DNA of 64,000 nucleotides from Candidatus Omnitrophota bacterium (lineage in GTDB: Bacteria; Omnitrophota; Gorgyraeia; Tantalellales; Tantalellaceae): the NCBI GenBank assembly GCA_049642065.1, contig JBAROK010000036.1, forward strand, positions 752-64,751, in the 5' to 3' direction. Under the pieces are notes generated by a model, which saw nothing but the letters and a program-made list of their open reading frames with translations, was not told the DNA's origin and ran no database searches. The position numbers were made by a program, and so were the translations under genes. Below, piece after piece: positions 49,386 through 59,726 of this stretch. The stretch's first letter is position 1, and the number at the start of each line of letters is the position of its first letter.

Positions 49386-51535
49386 TATACCTCTGAACCC
49401 TGGGCTCTGAGCTCCGGGTCTGAGCTTTGGGCACCTTCATCCAAATTCTGGTCCATAATTTCCATAAGTGCACTAAAAACTTCATCAGAATCTATAGAAG
49501 ACATGCACTGTTTATCCCTCGTGCATGAGGACTTGTAGCACGGAGAGCACCTCATCTTTTTATGTAAGACCCTGAATGCTTCTGAAGGTGGAAGATGCCG
49601 CCTGGGATCTGTAGGTCCGAAAAGCGCAACAAACGGCGTTCCAATAGCAGCAGCCACATGCATTGGCGCGCTATCTCCGGTAAGAAGCGCATCGCATCTT
49701 TTTATAAGACTGAATAGCTGCGGTATACTGGTCTTACCTACCGCGTTTATAGGTTTAGCTTCTGTTTTCCTTATAAATTCCAACGCATAATCTTTATCTT
49801 CGTCCGAGCCAACAAGAACCACCCTTGCACTTTTTTCCCTTTCGAGCTTTTCGGTTAGCGCCACAAACGCTGGAAGTGGCCAGTTCTTTGTTTCCCACTT
49901 TTTCGAAGCGGCCAAGCTGACCGCCACAAGTTTCTGGTCTTTTTTAAGCCAGTTACTCGACAGGAACGTATTTACCCATTCGTCATTCCCCTTATCCAGC
50001 CACAGTTCAAGATGCTCATCTGAAGCCGTTATCCCTAGAAGTCCCAACACGCATTTCTGATGTTTCACCGGAGAAATCGGTTTTGATGGAGAACTTATCT
50101 TACGGTTTAAAAGTAAACTTAATTTACCGTTATCAAACCCGTACCTTTCCGGTATAGCGCTTAAGAAAGCCAGTAAATGGCTCTTCCTGCTATTCTGGAA
50201 ATCTACTGACATATCAAAATCTTCCGACCGCATCCTCCCAGACAGCTTTAAAAATCCTATACCTCTATCCCGTCCCTTAAGATCACATGTGATCACTTCG
50301 TCTATATATGGGCAGTCCTGCAGCACTTCGCGAAACTTGATATCTACAAGCACTTTTATATTCGCCGACGGAAACCTTGCTCTTATAGCCCGGATAGACG
50401 GTGTACTCAGGATGATATCACCAAAAGAGCTTATCTTAAAAATGAGTATATTTTTCGTGCTTAACGCCCTGATATACGTCTTTAAGGTAAGTTCCATCAT
50501 CTTATCCAGCGAATAATTCTCTTCCACGTGCTGCCTGGCACGTTTAGTCGCTTCACGCATGAATTCAGGATCTTCGGCATACCTGAGTATCTTGTGTGCC
50601 ATGTCTAAAGGATCCATTGGATTACAGAAAAGCCCCGTTACTCCGTTATCAATAGTTTCAGTCACACCACCGACCTTGGTAGCCACAACAGCAACTCCTC
50701 TAGCCTGTGCCTCGATAACCGAACGCCCAAAAGCTTCCTGAGCCCTGTTAGCTGAAACAAGAACATCCAGGTCTTTCATAACTTCGGCAACATCCTCATC
50801 GCTATCCTTGAATGTTACTATCCGTTCCAATCCAAGCCGCCTTATCGTCATCTCTATCTTTTTAAGATACTCTTCCTTGGCAGAGGACTTATCGCCCATC
50901 AATACGATTTCTACATTACTCATCCTTCTTGATACATACGACATGGCCTTCAGAAAATCTAAATGCCCTTTCAAGGGAGTAAACCTGCTTATCATCCCTA
51001 TCCTGAAAGTCTTACCCTCTTTCTCATCCAGAGAGATGTAAGAAAACTTATTAAGATCAACCCCTCTGGGAATAACGGTTATTTTCTGGATGGGAACTTC
51101 GAAGTTTTCCTTCATATGCCTGGCCATCGTCTCGTTAGCGGCTATTACCACTTTCCCCCAGCCCATGACCCTGCTGATAAGATGTTTTCTGTATTGCCCG
51201 TGCGCAGTAGTGATGAAAGTGCGATGTGTGGATCTTGCCGCAAAATATCCCACAAGAGCCGGGATCCTGCTTCTTGCGTGGACTATATCGATATTCTCTT
51301 TTTTTATTATCTGCTGGAGCCTGAAATAAGCATAGGTCAGCACAAAAGGGTTCTTTTTGCCAACAGGCACCTTGTAGTGACGTGCCCCGATAGCAGCAAG
51401 CTGTTTCTCTAAGAGCCCGCCATCGGAGACAACTACCGCTTTGTGCCCGTTAAGCGTAAGATACCGGGCAACCTCGATAGTGCCTTTTTCGACACCGCCT
51501 ACATTGAGTTTTGGTACCAGTTGAAGTATGTTCAT
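49385..51535 (-). CDS. Bifunctional GT4-GT9 fusion glycosyltransferase
   Basis: Residues 1 to about 365 carry GT4 (EAFGRSVIEAQARGVAVVAT). From about residue 367, KNILIFKISSFGDIILSTP begins a full GT9 domain; 716 aa. Confidence 0.8.
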   Translation of the reverse strand: MNILQLVPKLNVGGVEKGTIEVARYLTLNGHKAVVVSDGGLLEKQLAAIGARHYKVPVGKKNPFVLTYAYFRLQQIIKKENIDIVHARSRIPALVGYFAARSTHRTFITTAHGQYRKHLISRVMGWGKVVIAANETMARHMKENFEVPIQKITVIPRGVDLNKFSYISLDEKEGKTFRIGMISRFTPLKGHLDFLKAMSYVSRRMSNVEIVLMGDKSSAKEEYLKKIEMTIRRLGLERIVTFKDSDEDVAEVMKDLDVLVSANRAQEAFGRSVIEAQARGVAVVATKVGGVTETIDNGVTGLFCNPMDPLDMAHKILRYAEDPEFMREATKRARQHVEENYSLDKMMELTLKTYIRALSTKNILIFKISSFGDIILSTPSIRAIRARFPSANIKVLVDIKFREVLQDCPYIDEVITCDLKGRDRGIGFLKLSGRMRSEDFDMSVDFQNSRKSHLLAFLSAIPERYGFDNGKLSLLLNRKISSPSKPISPVKHQKCVLGLLGITASDEHLELWLDKGNDEWVNTFLSSNWLKKDQKLVAVSLAASKKWETKNWPLPAFVALTEKLEREKSARVVLVGSDEDKDYALEFIRKTEAKPINAVGKTSIPQLFSLIKRCDALLTGDSAPMHVAAAIGTPFVALFGPTDPRRHLPPSEAFRVLHKKMRCSPCYKSSCTRDKQCMSSIDSDEVFSALMEIMDQNLDEGAQSSDPELRAQGSEV

Positions 51536-51539
51536 GTTT

Positions 51540-53465
51540 TTAAAATAACCTGTACAATTTATCGTAGATACGTTTGTTATCCTCGGAGCTCTTGCATTTA
51601 CCCTGTGCGCTGATCAAGTCGTTCGCCTCAGCGGGAATATCATCAGGCTTAACGATAACCAAATACCCTCTTTCCCTTAATTCTTCTACGAATTTTTCGT
51701 ATTTCGTTATTTTCTCCGACTTTTTGTCCGGCATAAATACCATCACAGGCCTGCCGGAAGATACGGCTTCCGATACCATTGAGATGCTTTCACCTGAAAC
51801 TATGACAATGTCACTGACGGCAAGTATCTTCTCAACGGTATGTTCGTCCTTATCGTCTTTACCGGAGATAAACTCTGCTAATCTCGGAAAACTGGCAAAC
51901 TCTTCCGCAAGAACCTCCTCAGCTGCACTAGGGGTCCTGCGGGAAGTTGTAATATGCGCGTACCCATCCAGCTGTTCACACGCTATTTTTATATTTTTAG
52001 CGATGTCTTTTGTAAGAGCTTTCCCAAAACCGAAACAAGGATTGTCTCCTCCCAGAAGAAGTCCTATTTTCTTGCCTGTTTTTGATACTGACGGCTTGAA
52101 CCGGCTGATACTTTCAGCGTCAATAAGGTTCGGGGCAAGATCCGTTACTGCTACATTGTCCTTCGCTTCATCATTATCCGAAGCATCGTGCCGCGGAAGG
52201 ACAATAAGGCTAAAGGAAGCTCTGTTCAGCGAACCCGGATCCAGTACTGTCACGTTACGTGCGGAGTTTTCCATCTTTAGCGCTTTGTTCACTCCGAAAA
52301 GTGTCGACCCGCAGCTTACAATTACATCAGCATACCGATTGATCGCGTTCTCATAACTCTCTTTTTCAAGAACCTTCGCCAGTAACTTTATATGCAGCTG
52401 CAGGAACGTTGTTAATAACGGCGTGAGAAAATTAAAGACCGTTTTAAGTGCTTTACTCTTGAAACGAATGCGGACGGTTTCCACGACTAAATGCTCTGGA
52501 GCAAATCCTTCATCTTCCCGATAACGCCTTATCTGTTTGACAACAGCCATAGATTGTTTTAGATGACCTTTTTTCCCGTCGTCTAAAACCAATATCTTTT
52601 TTTCAGGAGTTAATTTCCACCTTTTATGCATCCAGAACCACTGATCAGGATAATTCCTTGTGTGTTTCTCTAGCAAACTATTGTACTTCTTCATATAAGG
52701 CACAATGTCCTCATCTTTTCCTATTTTCATTATTTCTTCAAGAACAACTTCATGATACGGACCCTCTTCTCTATGGATAAAGGAAGGAAGTATCCATGCG
52801 CCTGTTTTTTGAGCTATTCTGAAAGGTCCTATTGGAGTAGAGGCGGGTCTATCAAAAAAGCCTATAAGCTCTCCGTTAACTCCGGCATTTTGATCCCCCA
52901 CTATTCCCACACTGTGGCCATCGCGGAGGACTCTAAAGATATTTTTAACATCCATACCTTTGCGTATAACAAAGTTGCCCTTAGATTCTCTAAGCCTATG
53001 CAATAGCTCATTAAGCTTTTTCATTTTCTGGTCTCTCGCAAGGATATATAGCGGAAATCCAGTATGCACACTTTTTGCAGCGCACAATTCCCAATTACCC
53101 AAGTGTGCTGTAAGAAATACCATGCCCTTTGGATTTTTAGAGGCTTTTTCCAGTCTCTCAATGTTAGTAATCTTTATATATTTGGTGGTATACTTTTCGT
53201 CTACCTTGGTCAAGGAAGCTAGTTCTACAAAAGTTTGACCGAGATGACGGTAAACTTTTTTTGTTAATTTCCTTAGCTCACAAGGAGTCTTCTCTTTGCA
53301 GAAAGCAGCCTTAAGATTAGAATAGGTAACATGCTTCCTCTTGCCACTTAAAATATATATGATCCACCCTACTCTTCTACCTAGCCATAGGTTAAATCTC
53401 ATAGGCATAAGATGAAGGAATAAATTAAGGCCTCTAACCGACCATGACGCTATTAAGTCCAGCAA
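51540..53465 (-). CDS. LpxL-family lipid A acyltransferase fused to an ELM1/DUF1022-like C-terminal domain
   Basis: N-terminal ~300 aa carry AHLGNWE and YPDQWFWMHKRWK. C-terminal ~340 aa carry TSRRTP and SISMVSEAVSSGRPV-like motifs. The 5' end overlaps lpxK. Confidence 0.65.
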   Translation of the reverse strand: MLDLIASWSVRGLNLFLHLMPMRFNLWLGRRVGWIIYILSGKRKHVTYSNLKAAFCKEKTPCELRKLTKKVYRHLGQTFVELASLTKVDEKYTTKYIKITNIERLEKASKNPKGMVFLTAHLGNWELCAAKSVHTGFPLYILARDQKMKKLNELLHRLRESKGNFVIRKGMDVKNIFRVLRDGHSVGIVGDQNAGVNGELIGFFDRPASTPIGPFRIAQKTGAWILPSFIHREEGPYHEVVLEEIMKIGKDEDIVPYMKKYNSLLEKHTRNYPDQWFWMHKRWKLTPEKKILVLDDGKKGHLKQSMAVVKQIRRYREDEGFAPEHLVVETVRIRFKSKALKTVFNFLTPLLTTFLQLHIKLLAKVLEKESYENAINRYADVIVSCGSTLFGVNKALKMENSARNVTVLDPGSLNRASFSLIVLPRHDASDNDEAKDNVAVTDLAPNLIDAESISRFKPSVSKTGKKIGLLLGGDNPCFGFGKALTKDIAKNIKIACEQLDGYAHITTSRRTPSAAEEVLAEEFASFPRLAEFISGKDDKDEHTVEKILAVSDIVIVSGESISMVSEAVSSGRPVMVFMPDKKSEKITKYEKFVEELRERGYLVIVKPDDIPAEANDLISAQGKCKSSEDNKRIYDKLYRLF

Positions 53466-54477
53466 TTAACTTCTCCTTCCCTTCAATAATATCGATTACC
53501 ACGTCTAATACGAATAACTTCTCTTCTATAAGTGAAATATTCAGGTCCTTTATTTTTACGTAATCTTTTTTTGTAACAATAATTTTTTCCGCACTGCTTT
53601 CTATATACTTAGATCGCATCTCTTTCACATCCCACTGCGTATACCGGTGATGATCCGTGTAATCTAACCTGGCTACCACCTCTGCTCCCAGTTTTTCAAC
53701 TAAAAAAGCAAAATAATCCGGATCCACTATACCGCTGACAAGCACTATTCTTTCGCCTCCCAGGCTTTCAGCGGAATAAGCAGCACCTGTAACATCTATC
53801 AGACAGGACGGTCTGTGACGCGTTAATATCACAGGCTTACCGGGTGCGAGCTCTCCAAGCCTTTTCACTATTTTTTCCCTGCGGCGTGCACTTATCCTGT
53901 CAACTTTAGTCAAAGCGAAAAGATCCGCTCTTCCCAGAGAAGAAAGCGGTTCTCTTAATACTCCCCGGGGGAATAAGAACTCGTTGCCGAACAGCGAAAT
54001 GCTATCCAGCAGAAGTATGTCAAAATCCCTTGCTATTCTCCTGTGCTGGAACCCGTCATCAAGGATAAGCACGTCTCTGCCTTGTTCAATAGCCCAGCGA
54101 GCGCTTTTTACCCTATCCTGTCCAACTATAATGGGCACATCCGGAAGCTCATCCCTGAGCATCTTGCTTTCATCCTTGCCGTATCCTCTGGTAAGAACCG
54201 CCGGGTTTTTCCCCGCGTGCAGGAAATGATCCGCCAGAAATATGGTGAAAGGGGTCTTCCCTGTTCCTCCAAGGGTTATGTTCCCCACGCTCACTACAGG
54301 CACATGGACCTTATATTTGCGCCTGAGGCCTATCTTGTAAGCTGTGTCTACAATGTTCACAGCACCGGTGTATACAAAAGACAGCACCTTAAGTAAAGCT
54401 TTCACGGCGATGTCTATAACACTATCGCGTTCGTCCTTCATCAGGGAAACAAAATATGTTTTTATCGAAAAAACCAT
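53434..54477 (-). CDS. lpxK: Tetraacyldisaccharide 4'-kinase
   Basis: VVSVGNITLGGTGKTP P-loop. Confidence 0.9.
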   Translation of the reverse strand: MVFSIKTYFVSLMKDERDSVIDIAVKALLKVLSFVYTGAVNIVDTAYKIGLRRKYKVHVPVVSVGNITLGGTGKTPFTIFLADHFLHAGKNPAVLTRGYGKDESKMLRDELPDVPIIVGQDRVKSARWAIEQGRDVLILDDGFQHRRIARDFDILLLDSISLFGNEFLFPRGVLREPLSSLGRADLFALTKVDRISARRREKIVKRLGELAPGKPVILTRHRPSCLIDVTGAAYSAESLGGERIVLVSGIVDPDYFAFLVEKLGAEVVARLDYTDHHRYTQWDVKEMRSKYIESSAEKIIVTKKDYVKIKDLNISLIEEKLFVLDVVIDIIEGKEKLIAGLNSVMVG

Positions 54478-54480
54478 CTC

Positions 54481-55764
54481 TTAATCCTTCTCCCCGATAT
54501 ATTCTGCTATCTTATCAATAGCCTTATCCACAGCGCCTGTATTCTTCTTTATTACCTTAAGCGCGTTCTCGCCCATTCTATCTTTTTCATCCGGAGACTC
54601 CAGAAACCCCATCAGCACATCCTTTAAAGCTATAACATCCATTACCTGTACTGCCGCTTTGTTTTCCAGGAATATTTCAGCTATCTCACGAAAATTAAAC
54701 ATATGAGGACCAAAGACCACGGCTTTACCCCACCTGGCCGCTTCTATAGGGTTCTGCCCTCCATGTTTAGCGAAACTTCCGCCCACAAAAACCACGCTAG
54801 CCACGCTGTAGAGATCTTTCAGGTACCCGATAAGATCGACAAGGAGCACGTCATACTCATTATTTTCTGATCCGGCCTCAGGATTGATCACGTCCGAAAG
54901 GCACCTGTACCTAAGCCCCGACTTTTCAGTATATATCCTTATTGCATCTATCCTTTCAACATGCCTCGGAGCGAGTATCAGTTTAAGCCCCCCTTTTTCG
55001 TCGTTCAGTTCCTTGTAAACATCAATGACTTTTTGCTCCTCAGGAAAATGAGTGCTCCCCGCGATTATAATGTTATCGGAAGGCCTGAACCCCAGGTACT
55101 CTTTGTTCATGCCTTGGTTACCGGCATCGTCTTTTTTTTCGTCAAACTTCATGTTCCCGGTAACGCATATTTTGTCCTTTTCTGCGCCCAGCTCTTCTAA
55201 CCTTTCAGCGTCCCTTGCGGTCTGCACACAGAACCGGTCCATATCCTTAAGAATGTGTCTTGTTATAAACTTTATCTTTTTGTAATTACCAAAAGACGAA
55301 TCAGATATCCTTCCGTTAATAAGAACGATCGGCACCCCGCTTGAATGCATCTTGCTTATAAGGTTAGGCCACAGCTCCGTCTCTATCATCACATAAAGGC
55401 GCGGCGATATCGCCTTAACTACTTTAGAGACAACGCCGCTTAAATCCAAAGGATAGTAAAATACCGCGTCTACCACACCTTTACCCGCCTTACGTATCAT
55501 ATCGTTGCCTGTCTGCGTAGTTGTCGAAACTATTACAGGAACACCAGGAAAACGGCTTTTTATGCCGGCAGCCAGTTTCGCTCCTAATACGGCTTCCCCG
55601 ACGCTTACCGCGTGTATCCACACTGAATCTTGCTGGGATGTCACCTCATCGGGCAACGCTCCGAACTTCTGCAGAAAATCACCATGCAACTTACCTTTCA
55701 GCAGGAGTACCGGCAGGGAAAAAACAGCAAATATAAGAAAAAATATATCGTATAAAAATCTCAT
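54481..55764 (-). CDS. waaA: 3-deoxy-D-manno-octulosonic acid transferase
   Basis: VWIHAVSVGE N-terminal motif; GT30. Confidence 0.9.
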   Translation of the reverse strand: MRFLYDIFFLIFAVFSLPVLLLKGKLHGDFLQKFGALPDEVTSQQDSVWIHAVSVGEAVLGAKLAAGIKSRFPGVPVIVSTTTQTGNDMIRKAGKGVVDAVFYYPLDLSGVVSKVVKAISPRLYVMIETELWPNLISKMHSSGVPIVLINGRISDSSFGNYKKIKFITRHILKDMDRFCVQTARDAERLEELGAEKDKICVTGNMKFDEKKDDAGNQGMNKEYLGFRPSDNIIIAGSTHFPEEQKVIDVYKELNDEKGGLKLILAPRHVERIDAIRIYTEKSGLRYRCLSDVINPEAGSENNEYDVLLVDLIGYLKDLYSVASVVFVGGSFAKHGGQNPIEAARWGKAVVFGPHMFNFREIAEIFLENKAAVQVMDVIALKDVLMGFLESPDEKDRMGENALKVIKKNTGAVDKAIDKIAEYIGEKD

Positions 55765-55793
55765 AATAATTCTAGTCTGTAATGTGTGGTCAA

Positions 55794-56666
55794 TTATGCT
55801 CGAGGGTGCGCTTTCGAATACATCTCCTTAATACGTTTTGAGCCAAGATGGGTATAGATCTGTGTAGTAGACAGATTTTTATGCCCTAAAAGTTCCTGCA
55901 CGCTTCTGAGGTCAGCCCCGTTATTGAGTAAATGGGTCGCAAAAGAATGCCGGATCGAGTGGGGTGATATTTTTTGTTCTATGCTGCACTTTTTCACGTA
56001 TTTATCTATGATACGCCTTACGCTCCTATCGGTAAGGCGTCCTCCCCTTTTATTAAGAAAAATCGCGCCATATTCATCCGAACTTGTGGCGCGTCTTTCT
56101 TCGAGATAATTCCTGATCGCCTTCTGAGCTTCTTGCCCCAATAAAGCTATCCTTTCTTTCTTGCCCTTCCCTCGAACTTTCACCGCACCCGCGATAAGAT
56201 CAACATCCTCCTGGTTCATCCCGACAAGTTCACTCACCCGGATGCCAGTAGAATACAGAACTTCCAGGATAGCTCTATCCCTGAACCCAAGCAGATTATC
56301 CAAAGAAGGCGCCGTTATCAGATTGATGATCTTTACGGTATCTAAAAACTCTGGCAAACGTTTATCTAGCTTCGGAGTAAATATACTGTCCGCCGGATTC
56401 TTCTTTATGTATTTCTCCCTGAAAAGAAAACGAAAAAAAGACCTTATAGCGCCAAGCTTCCTTACTATCGTACGTTTTGCGCAGTTTCTTTCCTTAAGCC
56501 TGGCCAGAAAACGCCTCAGATCCAGATGCGTAATATTTTTCGGATCCTTATCCTTTAAAAACTCCGCCAGTTCTGTAAGATCGGTCCGGTAGCTGCGCAC
56601 AGTATGTTCCGAGTAATTTCTCTCAATACTAAGATAATTTTCAAATTTTTCTACGAACCGTTTCAC
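55794..56666 (-). CDS. Tyrosine recombinase XerC/XerD family
   Basis: C-terminal HSIRHSFATHLL...LLGH...TQIYTH catalytic motifs; 290 aa. Confidence 0.85.
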   Translation of the reverse strand: MKRFVEKFENYLSIERNYSEHTVRSYRTDLTELAEFLKDKDPKNITHLDLRRFLARLKERNCAKRTIVRKLGAIRSFFRFLFREKYIKKNPADSIFTPKLDKRLPEFLDTVKIINLITAPSLDNLLGFRDRAILEVLYSTGIRVSELVGMNQEDVDLIAGAVKVRGKGKKERIALLGQEAQKAIRNYLEERRATSSDEYGAIFLNKRGGRLTDRSVRRIIDKYVKKCSIEQKISPHSIRHSFATHLLNNGADLRSVQELLGHKNLSTTQIYTHLGSKRIKEMYSKAHPRA

Positions 56667-56668
56667 TT

Positions 56669-58789
56669 TTATTCGCCTTCCAGCTTAACGCTGTCTTCGC
56701 CTTCCTGCGGAAGTTTCCTTGTGGTATAAGTACATTTCGGGTACTTCGTGCACCCGTAGAAAGCACCCCTTCTGGATTTACGTTCAACCAGCTCCCCGTC
56801 ACACCCTTCTGCGGGACATTTAACACCGGTAGTTATGGATTTAGCGTTCTTACACGCCGGGAATGCCGAGCAGCTTAGGAACCTTCCGCGACGCCCCCAT
56901 TTAATGACCATCGGTTTACCGCACATCTCGCATACTTCGTCTGTTTTTACTACCTGACGTTTTACGCTGCTCATGCGGATTTTTGCTACTTCAAGTTTCT
57001 TTGAGAACGAAGAATAAAAATCGCTCAGTACATGGTTAAGGTTCACCTTGCCGTCCTCTATACCATCCAGCTCATTTTCCATCTTTGCCGTAAATTCGGC
57101 ATCGACTATGCCCGGAAAATTATCGACCAAGAGAGTATTAACAAGTTCGCCTAATTCAGTCGGCTGAAGGCTTCTGCCCATCCGTTTTATATAATTACGG
57201 TTGATTACCGTCCTGATTATTGGCGCGTACGTTGAAGGTCTGCCAATCCCCTTGTCCTCAAGATCCTTAACCAGCGAAGCGTCCGTGTACCGCGGAGGCG
57301 GTTTGGTAAAATGCTGCTCCGGAATAGATTCCTCAAGGTTGGTCTCTTCACCGGGATCAAGAGGAGGTATCTCTTCCATCCCTTCTTCCTGCTCCGCGTC
57401 GTCACGATAAGGACGAAGGAACCCGTCGAATTTCAGTTCCGCGCCACCGGCTCTGAACCTGTACTCCCCGGCATCTATATGTATGGTCAGAACGTTAAAA
57501 AGCGCGCTCTGCATCTGGCTGGAGATGAACCGTTTCCATATAAGATCATATAATTTAAATTCATCGGGGCTCAGGAACTGTTCTACCTCTTTAGACGAAC
57601 GCAGAGGAAGTGTTGGGCGTATAGCTTCATGAGCTTCCTGCGCTCTCTTTTTGGCTTTATACTGCGGCGGTTTCGCAGGACAGTACTTTTCCCCGTAGTT
57701 AGTCTTGATATAATCTTTTGCTTCGGCCTGAGCATCATTTGAAATACGTACCGAATCCGTACGCATATAAGTTATAAGACCCACGCTGCCTTCAGAACCC
57801 AGTTCCACTCCTTCGTAAAGGCCCTGCGCCGTTCTCATAGTCTTACTCGCAGAAGAATTAAGTTTGTTAAAAGCATCCTGCTGCAGCATAGAGGTCGTAT
57901 AAGGTGACCTCGGATGGCTTTTCTTGTCTTTCCGGTTGATGTCGGCTACTATGAATTTTTCTTTTCCCAGCTGGTCGATTATTTCATCAGCCGCCCCTTG
58001 ATCGGGAATATGTATTTTTTCGCCTTTATGTTTGACCAGCTTAGACCTGAACGTGGCCGGCGGCTGACCTTCCAGCGGAGTATAACCATTTTTCTTAAGT
58101 ATAGCGTCAATACTCCAGTATTCTTCGGTCTGGAATTTGCGTATTGCTTCTTCTCTTTCAACTATTAATCTAACGGCTACCGACTGGACCCTGCCGGCGC
58201 TTAACCCCCTGGTCACTTTACCCCATAGCAGCGGGCTGAGCGAATATCCCACTATCCTGTCCAGCATCCTTCTCGCCTGCTGCGCGTTAACCTTGTTCAT
58301 GTCCAATTCGCCGGGATGGTCAAAAGCTTTCTGGACCGCTTTTGCGGTTATCTCTTCAAAACTTACCCGGTAAATCTCCACATCATTTTTCTCAAACTGA
58401 TTCTTGAGATGCCAGCATATGGCTTCTCCTTCCCTGTCGGGGTCAGCTGCAAGGTATATGCGCTGAACACCTTTGGCTTCTTTCTTAAGATTGCTCAGGT
58501 ATTTCTTGCGGCCTTTCATCACGGTATACTCAGGTTTAAAATCGTTCTCAAAATCAATGCCCATCTTCCCTTCGGGAAGATCGATAATATGCCCCATACT
58601 GGCAAGAACCATAAAATCCTTACCCAATATCTTGTTTATCGTCTTGGATTTTGCCGGCGATTCAACTATGACCAGATATTTATTCCCGGAAGACGTTTCC
58701 TTTACGGTTTTCTTCGCGGTTTTCTTCGCGGTTTTCTTTTTACCGGTTGAAGTCGATTTTTTTGTGCTCTTTTTCTTTTCGGCATGCAT
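56669..58789 (-). CDS. topA: DNA topoisomerase I
   Basis: TOPRIM and Topo IA domains, two C-terminal Zn ribbons, Lys-rich N-terminal extension. Confidence 0.9.
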   Translation of the reverse strand: MHAEKKKSTKKSTSTGKKKTAKKTAKKTVKETSSGNKYLVIVESPAKSKTINKILGKDFMVLASMGHIIDLPEGKMGIDFENDFKPEYTVMKGRKKYLSNLKKEAKGVQRIYLAADPDREGEAICWHLKNQFEKNDVEIYRVSFEEITAKAVQKAFDHPGELDMNKVNAQQARRMLDRIVGYSLSPLLWGKVTRGLSAGRVQSVAVRLIVEREEAIRKFQTEEYWSIDAILKKNGYTPLEGQPPATFRSKLVKHKGEKIHIPDQGAADEIIDQLGKEKFIVADINRKDKKSHPRSPYTTSMLQQDAFNKLNSSASKTMRTAQGLYEGVELGSEGSVGLITYMRTDSVRISNDAQAEAKDYIKTNYGEKYCPAKPPQYKAKKRAQEAHEAIRPTLPLRSSKEVEQFLSPDEFKLYDLIWKRFISSQMQSALFNVLTIHIDAGEYRFRAGGAELKFDGFLRPYRDDAEQEEGMEEIPPLDPGEETNLEESIPEQHFTKPPPRYTDASLVKDLEDKGIGRPSTYAPIIRTVINRNYIKRMGRSLQPTELGELVNTLLVDNFPGIVDAEFTAKMENELDGIEDGKVNLNHVLSDFYSSFSKKLEVAKIRMSSVKRQVVKTDEVCEMCGKPMVIKWGRRGRFLSCSAFPACKNAKSITTGVKCPAEGCDGELVERKSRRGAFYGCTKYPKCTYTTRKLPQEGEDSVKLEGE

Positions 58790-58820
58790 ACGACCATCTC
58801 CTTAAAAGCGATCACGGGAT

Positions 58821-59726
58821 CTAAACAATACCGGTAATCGCTATCTTTTCACTGCTAATATCGATCTCTTCCAATACATCTTCTGCGCAAGTTACAAGCT
58901 TGGCTCCATTCTGTATAAGAGCGTTAGTTCCTCTACTCGTACTGATATCTGCGCGTCCCGGAACAGCAAAAACTTCTTTTCCTTGTTCTAGGGCAAAATC
59001 AACAGTGATCAAGGCACCGCTTTTTTCGGCCGCCTCGACTACCACTACACCCTTACAAAGAGCGCTTATTATCCTGTTCCTGCGCGGAAAACTGATCCTG
59101 CTGGGCGCCGTTTTTGAGGGATATTCCGTTATAACAGCGCCTCGTTCGCATATTTGAGGCACTATCCCGGACGCTTCCGGAGGATAAATATGACGGAACC
59201 CGCTTCCCATAACAGCCAGGGTCCTTCCGCCTGAAGATAAAGCACCTTTATGAGCCGCTAGATCGATCCCCCTAGCCAGACCACTGATAATAGTTACGCC
59301 CTTTTCAACGAGCCCTTGTGAAAAGTTCTCTGCCATCTGGTCCCCGTATAACGAGGAACGTCTGGACCCTACGATAGCAATAGCATTAATATCTTCTGTT
59401 TTGATCTCGCCTTTATAAAAAATAATAGGTGGCGGATCATAAATGTTCCGTAAAGTATCCGGATATCCCTCATCTTTGAAACATAATGTTGTTATGTTTT
59501 CAGATTCTATATACTCTAGCTCCTCTGCGTATTCTTCCGACTGCCTGACTGATCTTAACTCATCAGCGCCTTTAAAACGGCTTCCCAAAACTTCAGCAAG
59601 CCATAAATCCGGCATAGAGAAAATCTCTTCGGTATCGGGCACCTTATCTACAAGTGCCGCTATCCTACGCGGCCCAAGCCCTGGCACAAGGCTGAGAGCA
59701 AGAATATCCCTCGAGGTCTTGTTCAA
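58821..59726 (-). CDS. dprA: DNA processing protein DprA (Smf)
   Basis: Rossmann-like DprA core GSRRSS...; 301 aa. Confidence 0.8.
   Translation of the reverse strand: MNKTSRDILALSLVPGLGPRRIAALVDKVPDTEEIFSMPDLWLAEVLGSRFKGADELRSVRQSEEYAEELEYIESENITTLCFKDEGYPDTLRNIYDPPPIIFYKGEIKTEDINAIAIVGSRRSSLYGDQMAENFSQGLVEKGVTIISGLARGIDLAAHKGALSSGGRTLAVMGSGFRHIYPPEASGIVPQICERGAVITEYPSKTAPSRISFPRRNRIISALCKGVVVVEAAEKSGALITVDFALEQGKEVFAVPGRADISTSRGTNALIQNGAKLVTCAEDVLEEIDISSEKIAITGIV

Noticed and set aside
58705-58750. 12-nt tandem repeat ttttcttcgcgg x2.5
   Set aside because: It encodes the KKTAKKTAKK segment of the TopA N-terminal Lys-rich extension. It is a coding microsatellite, not a CRISPR or regulatory repeat.
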